Positions 16,572-26,943 are shown, counted from the stretch's first letter. The stretch: 64,000 bases of DNA from a bacterium (GCA_020057555.1 JAGVFR010000026.1:22631-86630); one strand, 5' to 3'. Program-made: numbers and translations. Notes: generated by a model not told the origin, from the sequence alone.

Positions 16572-18167
16572 ATGGAAAAGCAAAATATGAATGACAAAAT
16601 CAAAAAACCATACGTGTTAGTTGTCATTGATGGATTTGGAGTTGCTCCGGACAGTGAAGGAAATGCCATAACACGCGCGAACACTCCAAACTTTGATCGT
16701 TATATCCGAACATATCCAACAATGACTTTACGAGCTTCCGGAGAAGAGGTTGGTTTGTCTTGGGGTGAGATGGGAAATTCAGAAGTCGGTCATTTGGCAA
16801 TTGGGGCCGGTCGAGTATATTATCAAATGTTTCCTCGCATCAATCGCGCGATAGCGGACAAGTCTTTTTTTAAAAATGAGGCATTCCTTCATGCCATAGA
16901 TCATGTTAAAAAAAATAATAGTCGTTTGCATTTGATTGGAATGATTAGCGCCGGACGCGTTCATTCAATGGACGAACATTGTTTCGCTCTTCTTGAATTG
17001 GCAAAAAAGAACAGGATTAAAGAAGTATTTGTTCATGCTATTTTGGATGGTCGAGACACAATTTACAATTCAGGCATTGATTTTGTTTCAACACTCGAAA
17101 AGAAAATGAAAAAACTTGGTGTTGGAAAAATCGCATCTCTTTCCGGCCGGTATTACACAATGGATCGAGATAATCGGTGGGAACGAACAAAAAAAGCTTA
17201 TGATGCAATAGTTCGCGGCAAAGGTCCAACAACAAGTGATCCAATTGAAACATTGAAAGAGTCATACACAAAAGAAAAGTACGATGAAGAATTTATCCCT
17301 ACTGTTTTAGTTGACGATGGAAAACCTATTGGAACAGTTCAATCAAACGATGCGATAATTTTTTTCAACTTTCGTCCTGATCGCATGCGTCAAATCACAA
17401 AGTCTTTTGTTCTTCAGGATTTTGACAAGTTTGAACGCTCGAATCTCAATAATCTTTTTGTTACAACAATGGCTGAGTACGAAAAAGATTTACCTGTTGA
17501 GATTGCTTTTCCTCGCATGCAAGTTGAGCATTGTCTTGCGCAGGTAATTTCTGAAAATGGATTGCGGCAATTACATATTGCAGAAACAACAAAGTATGCG
17601 CACGTGACATTTTTCTTGAACGGCACAAAGGAAGAACCGTTTAAGGGCGAAGAGAGAATTATCGTTCCTTCGAAAAATGTTTCTTCGTATGATGAAGAGC
17701 CTGAAATGAGCGCTCGAGCAATCGCGGATAATGTTGTAAAAGAGATGCGAAAAAATGAGTACGATTTTATTGCTTTGAATTTCGCTAATCCGGACATGGT
17801 TGGACATACTGGAAATGTTGAAGCAACAATTAAAGCTGTTGAAGTTGTTGATGAATGTTTGGCAAAAATTGTTGATGAAACTCTCGCGCGTAATGGAGTT
17901 GTTTTTTTAACTGCAGATCATGGAAATGCGGAAGAACGAATCAATCTCCGAACAGGAGATTTGAATAAAGAACACGCAACAAATCCTGTTCCGTTTTGTA
18001 TTATTGGAAAAAAGTTTGAAGGTCAACCGTCAATTGCAGGTGAAGTTCCAGAAGGGGATTTGTCACTTATGTCACCAGTTGGAATGTTGGCGGATGTTGC
18101 GCCAACGATTTTGACTGTGATGGGAATTGAACAGCCAGTTGAAATGAATGGGCAGTCACTTATATAA
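16572..18167 (+). CDS. gpmI: 2,3-bisphosphoglycerate-independent phosphoglycerate mutase
   Basis: VIDGFG, GNSEVGH and TADHGNAE motifs. The ORF opens at GTG 16557 and the first ATG is at 16572. Confidence 0.9.
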   Translation: MEKQNMNDKIKKPYVLVVIDGFGVAPDSEGNAITRANTPNFDRYIRTYPTMTLRASGEEVGLSWGEMGNSEVGHLAIGAGRVYYQMFPRINRAIADKSFFKNEAFLHAIDHVKKNNSRLHLIGMISAGRVHSMDEHCFALLELAKKNRIKEVFVHAILDGRDTIYNSGIDFVSTLEKKMKKLGVGKIASLSGRYYTMDRDNRWERTKKAYDAIVRGKGPTTSDPIETLKESYTKEKYDEEFIPTVLVDDGKPIGTVQSNDAIIFFNFRPDRMRQITKSFVLQDFDKFERSNLNNLFVTTMAEYEKDLPVEIAFPRMQVEHCLAQVISENGLRQLHIAETTKYAHVTFFLNGTKEEPFKGEERIIVPSKNVSSYDEEPEMSARAIADNVVKEMRKNEYDFIALNFANPDMVGHTGNVEATIKAVEVVDECLAKIVDETLARNGVVFLTADHGNAEERINLRTGDLNKEHATNPVPFCIIGKKFEGQPSIAGEVPEGDLSLMSPVGMLADVAPTILTVMGIEQPVEMNGQSLI

Positions 18168-18275
18168 AAAAGGGGGTGAGGGGGATAGGTGGAAAGTGTG
18201 AAAGGGAAGCACCCTTACCACTCGCCCCTTTTCTCCCTTACTCCCTTTCCAGTTTCCACTCACCTCATTTAATTT

Positions 18276-18992
18276 ATGCAATCGTCAATTTCGACAGTTT
18301 TCACTATTCTCTCAAAAGAGTTTCCAAATTCTGGAGCAATGGAAATTGGAAATCCATATCAAAATCTTGTTGCTGTAATATTGTCGGCACGCACGCGAGA
18401 TGAACAAGTTTTAAGATTGTTTCCAAAATTTTTGAATGCGTTTCCAACAATAAACAAACTTGCGAAATCAACTCCAAAGCGAATTGAGGGATATATTCGT
18501 TCGATTGGCATGTATAGACAAAAAGCGAAAAATTTACATAAGATGGCAGTTGAGGTTGAAAAAAGGTTTAACGGGAAGATTCCAAGCACAATGGAGGAAT
18601 TGATTATACTTCCTGGTGTTGGTCGAAAAACGGCTTCGGTTATTCTTGTAACATCATTTTCAAAACCAGCAATCGCTGTTGATACACATGTACATCGAGT
18701 TACAAACCGTCTTGTATGGGTGAAAACAAACACGCCAGAAAAAACTGAAAAGGCATTGTTGAAAATCATTCCAATATCTTCGCAACTGACAGTGAATCGA
18801 GTGTTTGTGAAATTTGGAAGATACATTTGCATCCCGGGGAAACCACGATGTTGGGCATGTCCAATACAAAAATATTGCGAATACAAAAATAAAAATTTAA
18901 TCAAACCAAAAAATTCCGAAATGATTTTGGTTGATATTGAGCGGAGAGAAAATGAACTTGAACTTCTTAGAAAGTCTGCTTGCAAAGTATGA
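18276..18992 (+). CDS. nth: endonuclease III
   Basis: HhH-GPD motif LPGVGRKTA and a C-terminal 4Fe-4S cysteine cluster C-x6-C-x2-C-x5-C (CIPGKPRCWACPIQKYC). Confidence 0.85.
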   Translation: MQSSISTVFTILSKEFPNSGAMEIGNPYQNLVAVILSARTRDEQVLRLFPKFLNAFPTINKLAKSTPKRIEGYIRSIGMYRQKAKNLHKMAVEVEKRFNGKIPSTMEELIILPGVGRKTASVILVTSFSKPAIAVDTHVHRVTNRLVWVKTNTPEKTEKALLKIIPISSQLTVNRVFVKFGRYICIPGKPRCWACPIQKYCEYKNKNLIKPKNSEMILVDIERRENELELLRKSACKV

Positions 18993-19474
18993 ACAAAGAT
19001 GCAAAAATTTCTAGAGCACTGTTTAATACTACGCGCGTTTCTCAATTGAAAACGCAAATGGCAGTTTTTTGCGCATCGTATTTACTTTGGTTAATGGTCG
19101 GAGTTGCTTTTGGGCTTCTATTTCCAAATATTCAACCATTGATTCCAGTCTTGTTATTTCCACTCGGTGTTTCATTGTTGATCTCGGAGTTTGTGCGTCG
19201 CACACGTCCGTTTCACCCTGAAGGATATAAACCACTCATACATCTTCTTATTGAAACGCCGAGTTTTCCATCTTCACATAGTACAGTTGCGTTTGCTCTT
19301 GTTGCGGCATTTCTATACAACCCTGTGGTTTGGCCAATCATGTTGGTGTTTGCGATTTTAGTATCATTAGGTCGAGTCGCTGTTGGAGTTCATTATTTAA
19401 GTGATGTGATCGTTGGAGCGATTTTGGGTTTTGTTCTTGCGTACGCAATGAGCATTGCTATTTCACTATTTTGA
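18980..19474 (+). CDS. PAP2-family phosphatase
   Basis: Polytopic membrane protein with PAP2 motifs PSSHS and GRVAVGVHYLSDV. Confidence 0.7.
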   Translation: MQSMNKDAKISRALFNTTRVSQLKTQMAVFCASYLLWLMVGVAFGLLFPNIQPLIPVLLFPLGVSLLISEFVRRTRPFHPEGYKPLIHLLIETPSFPSSHSTVAFALVAAFLYNPVVWPIMLVFAILVSLGRVAVGVHYLSDVIVGAILGFVLAYAMSIAISLF

Positions 19475-19495
19475 CTCTATTGACTTTTGTTATTT

Positions 19496-20566
19496 ATGAA
19501 AGCAATCATTCTTGCAGGAGGAGTTGGCACAAGACTTTGGCCAATGTCTCGCCAGAAAAAACCAAAACAATTTTTTGAAATTGTAAATGATGTTCCTCTA
19601 ATAAAAGAAACTTACAATCGTCTTCTTAGATTGTTGCCGTCTGAAAAAATATTTTTTTCCATTTCTCCTTCGTTTGACAATCTTTTACACGAGATACTTC
19701 CAGAAATTTCAAACGATCATATTTTGATTGAACCTGAAAAACGAGACACCGGTCCTGCAATGGGTTACGTTGCCGCGTTAATGGAACTTTATGATTCTGA
19801 TGAACCGATAGTATTTATCCCATCCGATCATAATATTAAAGATGAAGAAATGTTTTTGCGTACACTTGAGGTAGGAGACATGCTTGTAAGAAAAACAGGA
19901 AAACTTCTTGACATAGCTGTGACTCCGACTTTTCCAAGCACTGTTCTTGGATACACTAGGATTGGTGAATTGTATGACACAATAAACGACGTCAAGGTTT
20001 ATCGTTTCGCTGGTCACACAGAAAAACCTCCATACGAAGTTGCAAAACAATATCTTGAAAAAGGATCATATTTGTGGCATGCAAATTATTACATGTGGAC
20101 ACCGCGCAAGTTTATGGAAGCGTTTGAAACATACGCGCCAGAGATTGGAAAAGTGTTGAGAGAAATTCAACATACAACCCTTCGACAGGCTCAGGGTATA
20201 GATGTTTTCTTCAGATCGCTTCCCAAAATATCTTTTGATTATTCTGTTACAGAAAAAATGGATCCACAAGAAGTTCTAATAATGAAAGGAAATTTTGGTT
20301 GGAGCGATATTGGTGCATGGGATACTTTGTGCGATCATCTTTCAGATAAAGGACAAAATGTTACAAAAGGAAAGTGTTTAATGATAGATACAAAAGGATC
20401 TTTGGTGTATGCGCCTGAAAATAAACTTGTTGCAGTATTAGGCATGGAAGATGTTATCATTGTTGATACTGGTGACGCCTTGCTTGTGTGTCCAAAATCA
20501 CGCGCACAAGAAGTTAAAAAAATTGTAGAAAAACTTCTGGAAAGTGGAGACGATAAACTAATATAA
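19496..20566 (+). CDS. mannose-1-phosphate guanylyltransferase-like sugar nucleotidyltransferase
   Basis: ILAGGVGTRLWPMSR nucleotidyltransferase motif. Contains a 19-nt partial copy of the CTTCGACAGGCTCAGG repeat at 20178-20196. Confidence 0.75.
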   Translation: MKAIILAGGVGTRLWPMSRQKKPKQFFEIVNDVPLIKETYNRLLRLLPSEKIFFSISPSFDNLLHEILPEISNDHILIEPEKRDTGPAMGYVAALMELYDSDEPIVFIPSDHNIKDEEMFLRTLEVGDMLVRKTGKLLDIAVTPTFPSTVLGYTRIGELYDTINDVKVYRFAGHTEKPPYEVAKQYLEKGSYLWHANYYMWTPRKFMEAFETYAPEIGKVLREIQHTTLRQAQGIDVFFRSLPKISFDYSVTEKMDPQEVLIMKGNFGWSDIGAWDTLCDHLSDKGQNVTKGKCLMIDTKGSLVYAPENKLVAVLGMEDVIIVDTGDALLVCPKSRAQEVKKIVEKLLESGDDKLI

Positions 20567-20568
20567 TT

Positions 20569-21594
20569 ATGCTTCGAATAATTGGGATAGTTATAGGAAT
20601 CGGAATTTTGGTCGGCATTGTGCTTTCTGGTTCTTATGTTTGGGATTCATACTTTCTATCTCCTGATCGCAACGCAAGTGAAGTGAGGATTGAAATTCCA
20701 GATGGTTCATCTTTAGATTCAATTTCTAAACTTTTGAAAGAGCAAGACGTTATTTCAAGTCGTTTCTTTTTTAAGATTTACAGCAAGTTTACGAACGCCC
20801 AATCTTCACTTCAAGCAGGAGTATTTGTGTTAAAGCCAAAAATGTCGTTTAGAACTATTGTGGCCGCACTCACCAATGCTCAAGCGCAAGAAATTCAAAT
20901 TACGATTCCAGAAGGATTTACACTTCAACAAACAGGCCAAGAGATTGCGAAAAATTTTTTACAAATTTCAGTAGCGGATTGGGATTCAGTTAATGGTTCT
21001 CCAAGTGATTTTACTGAACAGCAAGATATTCTTTCTGGAATTCCATCAGGTCAAGGTCTTGAAGGATATCTTTTTCCAGACACATATCGTTTTCGAAAAG
21101 ATGCTGATGCAAAAACAATTGCCGAAACAATGATCATAACTCTAAAGCGACGGTTGGCTGAAAATAATATCATTGTTCCAGATCATCTGATGATGCAAAA
21201 TGGGATGACATTTCATCAAGTGTTAACGCTAGCTTCGATTGTTGAGCGAGAAGTTAGATCAAAAGAAGACATGGCGCATGTTGCGGGAATTTTTCTAACT
21301 AGACTTAAGATTGGCATGGCACTTCAAGCAGACTCAACAGTAAATTTTGTAACTGGAAAACAAGAAGCCTCTGTTTCAATTACTGACAGTAAAGTTGATT
21401 CACCATATAACACGTACAAGTTTCTCGGCCTTCCGCCAGGACCAATCAGTAATCCTGGTATGAACGCGATTCAGGCAGTGCTCAATCCTGTTGCATCAAA
21501 TGACTTGTATTTTTTAACAACTCCAGCAGGACAGGTTATTTACTCAAAAACGTTTGATGATCATGTTGCAAATAAATATAAATATTTGAAATAA
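20569..21594 (+). CDS. mltG: endolytic murein transglycosylase MltG (YceG-like)
   Basis: N-terminal TM and YceG blocks LEGYLFPDTY, LASIVEREV and SPYNTYKFLGLPPGPISNPG. Confidence 0.85.
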   Translation: MLRIIGIVIGIGILVGIVLSGSYVWDSYFLSPDRNASEVRIEIPDGSSLDSISKLLKEQDVISSRFFFKIYSKFTNAQSSLQAGVFVLKPKMSFRTIVAALTNAQAQEIQITIPEGFTLQQTGQEIAKNFLQISVADWDSVNGSPSDFTEQQDILSGIPSGQGLEGYLFPDTYRFRKDADAKTIAETMIITLKRRLAENNIIVPDHLMMQNGMTFHQVLTLASIVEREVRSKEDMAHVAGIFLTRLKIGMALQADSTVNFVTGKQEASVSITDSKVDSPYNTYKFLGLPPGPISNPGMNAIQAVLNPVASNDLYFLTTPAGQVIYSKTFDDHVANKYKYLK

Positions 21595-21674
21595 TAAATT
21601 GACTCCATTGACTTTTTTGACTCCTTTGACTATGGTACTTTTACCGATCAATTTGGGATTCGTGTGAGGGAAAG

Positions 21675-22946
21675 ATGGATTATTTTGAAACAGGAGTTGC
21701 TTGGCCGGATGTGAAATGTCCGGTCATAGCAGAACGGCCGTTAAGAGTCGCAAACGGACGTTCAGATGGACACACAGTGATCTCATCTCTCAAAGTTGTC
21801 GTACTTGTTAATGGTTGTTTGTATGCCGTTCTTGAGGATGGTCATGGATTGCGAGCAGGTGACATACTTTCTCGCAACTTTGATCTAACTCGAAAAAAAG
21901 GATGTGATACAACAGAACCAACTGAGCAAGTTTTCGTTCGTTACAAGAGTATATTTGACGCACGTCGTGGAATAGGGCGCGTTTATGGCCGATATCGGGA
22001 AATCGAAATTCCTGAATTGGCTCGCTGGAAAATGGATACAGATTGGTTGTTTCGAACTTCGTGGACGCTACATCGCGCAACAAAGGAGCAAGAAGAGCAA
22101 TTCGTCTGGCAAGCCGAGCGTTGTATCAAGAAGCACGAGAAAGACACATCCGAAATCAAACTTGACGCGCTCCGTCGGTTATTAAAGATTCAGACAATGA
22201 CGGACTCACTCGGCCGACGAAACACAACTATGATTCCTATGTTGTGCTGTGCTATTGACCGATCACTTGAAGCTCGCACACAGCAAGTTCGCGGAATTGG
22301 AAGACGAATGGATTGGCGTGCAATGGTGCTTGAGCACGTCATTGATCAGATACAAGCCGAATGTCGGGCTATCCGTCGAGCCGCGTTGGACGTTCTTCAA
22401 GCAAATGATATCTTCGGAGAAGCGCGTACGCCAAGAACATTGCGCGGTCGCGCGAATCGAATAAGCGACTACGCGGAATTCCTCAAAATAGTTCAAGTTC
22501 GGACCTTCACACGCGTGTTTGCGCACGTTGTTAGTGAACTCAAAGAGGTCGCTGAACTTTTTCATGACGCGGCTAGTAAGCGTGACAGTGGACATCTTGA
22601 ACGTGCTCGTCTGCTTCTTGGCAAGATATATCGTTCAATGATTTTACTTGAACAGCACTGGCGGCTTGAAGAGGTTTTGGTAGTTGTCAGTTCACACGTT
22701 CACAACGGTGAAGTCCTATCTGCTTATCAGATTCGTCTTTTCACAGACGAACTTGATGAAGTGCATCGCACATTGACCAATCCAGACCCTGTTACTGGAG
22801 TCCACATTGATACGGACTTTGAGACAGATGTGTTGCCAATCGTTGTTGGCAATGTGCTTTCTTGTCTGACTAATCTTCGAGGTGAAGACGACGTATTTCT
22901 TCCGTCGTTGTATGACGACTTGAAGATCGCGTGCAAACCTCTCTGA
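21675..22946 (+). CDS. hypothetical protein (orphan, composition-atypical, Arg-rich helical)
   Basis: 423-codon ORF behind GAGGGAAAG. No family recognised. Own terminator. Confidence 0.55.
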   Translation: MDYFETGVAWPDVKCPVIAERPLRVANGRSDGHTVISSLKVVVLVNGCLYAVLEDGHGLRAGDILSRNFDLTRKKGCDTTEPTEQVFVRYKSIFDARRGIGRVYGRYREIEIPELARWKMDTDWLFRTSWTLHRATKEQEEQFVWQAERCIKKHEKDTSEIKLDALRRLLKIQTMTDSLGRRNTTMIPMLCCAIDRSLEARTQQVRGIGRRMDWRAMVLEHVIDQIQAECRAIRRAALDVLQANDIFGEARTPRTLRGRANRISDYAEFLKIVQVRTFTRVFAHVVSELKEVAELFHDAASKRDSGHLERARLLLGKIYRSMILLEQHWRLEEVLVVVSSHVHNGEVLSAYQIRLFTDELDEVHRTLTNPDPVTGVHIDTDFETDVLPIVVGNVLSCLTNLRGEDDVFLPSLYDDLKIACKPL

Positions 22947-22969
22947 CCCCAAAAACGGGGTCTTTTTTT
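22945..22969 (+). terminator. intrinsic terminator
   Basis: GACCCC-AAAAA-CGGGGTC followed by TTTTTTT. Shares the TCTCTGACCC...GGGTCTTTTT design with 12004-12031. Confidence 0.7.
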
Positions 22970-22993
22970 GATGTGATACAATGGCATTGCTTT

Positions 22994-24994
22994 ATGTCCG
23001 CGCTTATTGATTACGAAAAGGATTTAAATAAACATCAACTCGAGGTTGTACTTCATGGAGATGGGCCTGTTTTGGTTTTGGCAGGCGCTGGTTCTGGAAA
23101 AACTCGCACAATTACATATCGGGTTGCGTATTTACTTGAACAAGGAGTTTTGCCACAACAGATTTTGCTTTTAACTTTTACAAATAAGGCGGCACGCGAG
23201 ATGTTGTCTCGAGTTGCAAAATTGGCTGGGAAAGATTTGAGAGGTTTGTGGGGCGGAACTTTTCACTCGATCGCAAATCGGATGTTACGTTTATATGCGC
23301 ATAAAATTGGTTATACACAGAATTTTACGATTCTTGATCAAGAGGATACTAACTCGTTAATTAAAACGTGTTTGAAAGAAATGAATGTTGATACAAAGGA
23401 ACGACGTTTTCCATCACCCGCAAACATTGCGTCGATTTTAAGCTATGCGCGTAATGCGTCTGTTCCTGTGAGATCTGTTCTAGAAGATCGAAATTCCAAT
23501 TTTTTTTCTCTGTATTCTATTTTTGATCGGCTTGTTGAAGTTTACGCGCAACACAAACGCAATGCAGACGCAATGGATTTTGATGACTTGTTATTAAATC
23601 TCCAGAGACTACTTGTTGAAAACCCTGACATCTGTGAACAATTTTCTAATCAATTCAGATATGTGCTTGTTGATGAATATCAAGACACAAATGTAATTCA
23701 GGCTAATCTTGTGAGATTGTTAAGCGCGACACATAAAAATATTCTTGTTGTTGGAGATGACGCCCAATCAATATATTCTTTTCGCGCAGCATGTATTCGG
23801 AACATTTTGGATTTTTCAAAAATGTATCCCAGCGCGAAAACATTTCGTTTGACAACGAATTATCGTTCAACGCCTGAAATTTTGGATATCGCAAATTGTT
23901 CAATCGGAAATAATTACGATCAATTCAAAAAAGACCTCAAGTCATTTTGTCCATCACTTGAAAAACCTCGAGTTGCTGGGCTTGCAAATGGAACAAAAGA
24001 AGCTCAATACATAACAAAAGAAATTAGTAAGTTGATAAAAGACGGGATACCTTTAAGAGAGATTGCTGTGCTGTTTCGTGCCGCGTTTCACTCCCAGGCG
24101 CTTGAGTTTGAATTAATGAAGCGCTGTATTTCGTATGAGTATAGAGGAGGTCTAAGATTTTTTGCACGCGCTCATGTGAAAGATGTGCTCGCATATTTAC
24201 GTTTGAAAGCAAATCCAAAAGACGAGGCGGCATGGCTGCGTGTTCTTGGGCACCAACCAGGAATTGGGATCGTGACTGCGCAAAAGATAATTTTCAATAT
24301 TCAATCAGTTGGAGATCTTTCGCAGGTTTGTTCAATGGATATTTCACTTCCAAAAAGAGCTTTTTCAGCTTGGTCATCTTTGATTGGTATTTTGCGGAAA
24401 TTGATTTCACAATCACTTCCTTCAGATCTGATTCGTGTTGTTATGGAGGGCGATTATCGTTCTTACATAGAAACAGAATATCCTGATTTCAAAGAACGTT
24501 TAGATGATTTGGAACAGTTTGCATTGTTTGCTGAAGAGTCGTCCGAGTTAACAAAGTTTTTATCTGAATTATCATTGACTGATGAGTATGGAGTTTCAAA
24601 AAATGATTCCGGTAATACGAATCAAGAGCAGATTGTATTATCAACGATTCATCAAGCTAAAGGATTGGAGTGGGATGCCGTATTTGTAATTCATGTTGTT
24701 GATGGAAAATTTCCTAGTCCGCGTTCTATGAATGAGGACGGCGGCATTGAAGAAGAACGTCGTTTGTTTTATGTTGCGACAACGCGCGCGCGAAAAAAAC
24801 TTTATTATACTTATCCGATGACAAGTGGAGGTGAATCGTATTTTATTCAGCAACCATCGTTGTTTTTGCAAGAGTTACCCAAGAAATTGTTTGAGCAAGC
24901 AAACCAAATTCAGACTGAACCAGAAGAGGCGACAATCGTGTATGATGAAATTGGTGAGCGGAAAAGTTTTTTAAGAAGTGTTGATGAATTATGA
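22994..24994 (+). CDS. ATP-dependent DNA helicase PcrA/UvrD family
   Basis: Walker A AGAGSGKT, DEYQDTN, and SF1 helicase motifs through TIHQAKGLEW and YVATTRAR. Start refined to ATG 22994. Confidence 0.9.
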   Translation: MSALIDYEKDLNKHQLEVVLHGDGPVLVLAGAGSGKTRTITYRVAYLLEQGVLPQQILLLTFTNKAAREMLSRVAKLAGKDLRGLWGGTFHSIANRMLRLYAHKIGYTQNFTILDQEDTNSLIKTCLKEMNVDTKERRFPSPANIASILSYARNASVPVRSVLEDRNSNFFSLYSIFDRLVEVYAQHKRNADAMDFDDLLLNLQRLLVENPDICEQFSNQFRYVLVDEYQDTNVIQANLVRLLSATHKNILVVGDDAQSIYSFRAACIRNILDFSKMYPSAKTFRLTTNYRSTPEILDIANCSIGNNYDQFKKDLKSFCPSLEKPRVAGLANGTKEAQYITKEISKLIKDGIPLREIAVLFRAAFHSQALEFELMKRCISYEYRGGLRFFARAHVKDVLAYLRLKANPKDEAAWLRVLGHQPGIGIVTAQKIIFNIQSVGDLSQVCSMDISLPKRAFSAWSSLIGILRKLISQSLPSDLIRVVMEGDYRSYIETEYPDFKERLDDLEQFALFAEESSELTKFLSELSLTDEYGVSKNDSGNTNQEQIVLSTIHQAKGLEWDAVFVIHVVDGKFPSPRSMNEDGGIEEERRLFYVATTRARKKLYYTYPMTSGGESYFIQQPSLFLQELPKKLFEQANQIQTEPEEATIVYDEIGERKSFLRSVDEL

Positions 24995-25500
24995 AAACAG
25001 GAATTATAATTATTGCACTTGTAATTTTGTTTGTTGTTTCGGTTGTTTGGTTTAGACAGCCAAAAGAAACAGTCGAAAATCGGATAGATTCGATCGCTGA
25101 TGTATTAATACCCGATCCAATTTCTCAAGCTGTTATTAGCGGGGCCATTGATACGGAGTCCAAAACAGGACAACTATTTCTGGTTTCGACATCGGAGGAT
25201 GTTGGACAGGCACTAAGGGGTTTGAAGGATGATCGTTATTTTTTTGAAATAAAATCTCGGCTTCCGGAGATTGATCGTGAGGTATTTTATTATAATGTTT
25301 GGCTTGTACGGCAAATTCCATATGGTTATTTTTCTTTAGGTGAGATGATTACAAATGATGATGGTGATTTTGTTTTGGTTTGGGAGTCACAAGATAACAA
25401 TAATTATTTTGGTTATACAGAAATTGTAATTACGCGTCAGGAGTTTAGTGGGAGTAAAGATCCATCAATTCACATTGTTGAAGGGGAATTCGGAGAATGA
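24991..25500 (+). CDS. hypothetical membrane-anchored protein
   Basis: 169 aa with an N-terminal TM helix. ATGA overlap with the helicase gene. No family recognised. Confidence 0.5.
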   Translation: MKTGIIIIALVILFVVSVVWFRQPKETVENRIDSIADVLIPDPISQAVISGAIDTESKTGQLFLVSTSEDVGQALRGLKDDRYFFEIKSRLPEIDREVFYYNVWLVRQIPYGYFSLGEMITNDDGDFVLVWESQDNNNYFGYTEIVITRQEFSGSKDPSIHIVEGEFGE

Positions 25501-26687
25501 AATCCGCTTGATCTTTCTTTGAAATGGACATCAATTAATGATGCGCGAGTCCAAGCATTTGACCCGTATCGATTTTGAATTTCATCAAGTGTTTTTTGAA
25601 GTGAATGTACCTTACGTTCTTTTTTGAATAGTGATTGATGCTCATTTCCTCTTGAAAGGGTTGTAGCAGAAATACCTAACAAGCGTACTGGTTTTGATTC
25701 GTCCAACCATTGATCAATCATTTGCCACGCAATTTTAAAAAGCGTTAAGCCATTTGAAGTTGGTTCTGTAAATTTTTGCTGTTGCGTCATTTCATTGAAA
25801 TCTGCATATCGAACAACTACATGTACACATCTTGCGACAAGACATTCTTTTCGAAGACGCCCTGCAACACGGTCAGAAAGTCCGAGCAAACAATATTTCA
25901 TTTCTTTTTTATTATCTGTATTTTCCGAAAGCGTATATGAGTGACCAATTGATTTTGGTTCTTCATATGTATTTATCACTGGAGAATCATCGCGCCCATG
26001 AGCGGCTTCATACAACCAGTATCCGTACGATTTGAATTCATTTACAAGTTTTTCCAATGAAAATTTTCTTAATTGTTCAAATGTGTTTATTCCAAGAGCG
26101 TTGAGTCGGTTTTCTATCTTTGTTCCAATTCCACACAAGTCTTTTAATTTACAAGTATCAAGGAATTTTAATATATTTTGTTGATTGACTGTTGTGATAC
26201 CGTTTGGCTTTACTTGTTCTGAACACAACTTTGCCATTAGTTTATTTGGAGCGATTCCAATTGAACATGTAATTTGTTCCCCGCATGTTTCCTTGATGCG
26301 TTCTCTTATTATTTGCGCAAGAACAATTGCTTCGAGATAATCAGTAGCAGTTTTACTTACATCCAAAAAACATTCATCAATGCTAAATTGTTCAACACAA
26401 TCTGTATATTCATTAAATATAGAATTAAATTGACATGTAATGTAAGAATATTTTTCCGGGTCACCTGGATATAGAATCATTGACGGACAGATACGCTTTG
26501 CTTCCCATGTTGACATTGCTGTTTTTACACCGAGTTTTTTTGCCTCAATCGATGCTGTTGCAATAACTGAACGTTCTTGGTGTTTTCCGGTTATGCCAAT
26601 TGGTTTACCGCGCAAAAACGGGTTAGCTTGTTGTTCGACTGAAGCGAAATACGAATTCATGTCAATGTGAATAATAATTCTGGACAT
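25470..26687 (-). CDS. dinB: DNA polymerase IV (Y-family)
   Basis: IIHIDMNSYFASVEQ start motif and full Y-family layout. Confidence 0.9.
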   Translation of the reverse strand: MSRIIIHIDMNSYFASVEQQANPFLRGKPIGITGKHQERSVIATASIEAKKLGVKTAMSTWEAKRICPSMILYPGDPEKYSYITCQFNSIFNEYTDCVEQFSIDECFLDVSKTATDYLEAIVLAQIIRERIKETCGEQITCSIGIAPNKLMAKLCSEQVKPNGITTVNQQNILKFLDTCKLKDLCGIGTKIENRLNALGINTFEQLRKFSLEKLVNEFKSYGYWLYEAAHGRDDSPVINTYEEPKSIGHSYTLSENTDNKKEMKYCLLGLSDRVAGRLRKECLVARCVHVVVRYADFNEMTQQQKFTEPTSNGLTLFKIAWQMIDQWLDESKPVRLLGISATTLSRGNEHQSLFKKERKVHSLQKTLDEIQNRYGSNAWTRASLIDVHFKERSSGFHSPNSPSTM

Positions 26688-26700
26688 GCGTGTTTAAGTT

Positions 26701-26943
26701 TTAGTTATATAGCTCTACTAAATGCCACTCAAGGTATTCAGGATCGAGTTTTAGTTTGAAGTAATTTGTATTATCAGAAACAGAGAAATAGAAAATTCGT
26801 TTTTGACCTTCTCTTGCAGTATGTACGAGATTTACATTTGAAATATCATAGTCACGTTCATTCCAACGGATTCGTTTTGGTATAACGCGGTTTTGGCAGA
26901 ATGAAGCGATTACATCAATTTGATCGTTTAGAAATTCATGCAT
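26701..26943 (-). CDS. hypothetical protein co-transcribed with dinB
   Basis: 80-codon ORF ending 13 nt before the dinB start, on the same strand downstream of lexA. No family recognised. Confidence 0.45.
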   Translation of the reverse strand: MHEFLNDQIDVIASFCQNRVIPKRIRWNERDYDISNVNLVHTAREGQKRIFYFSVSDNTNYFKLKLDPEYLEWHLVELYN

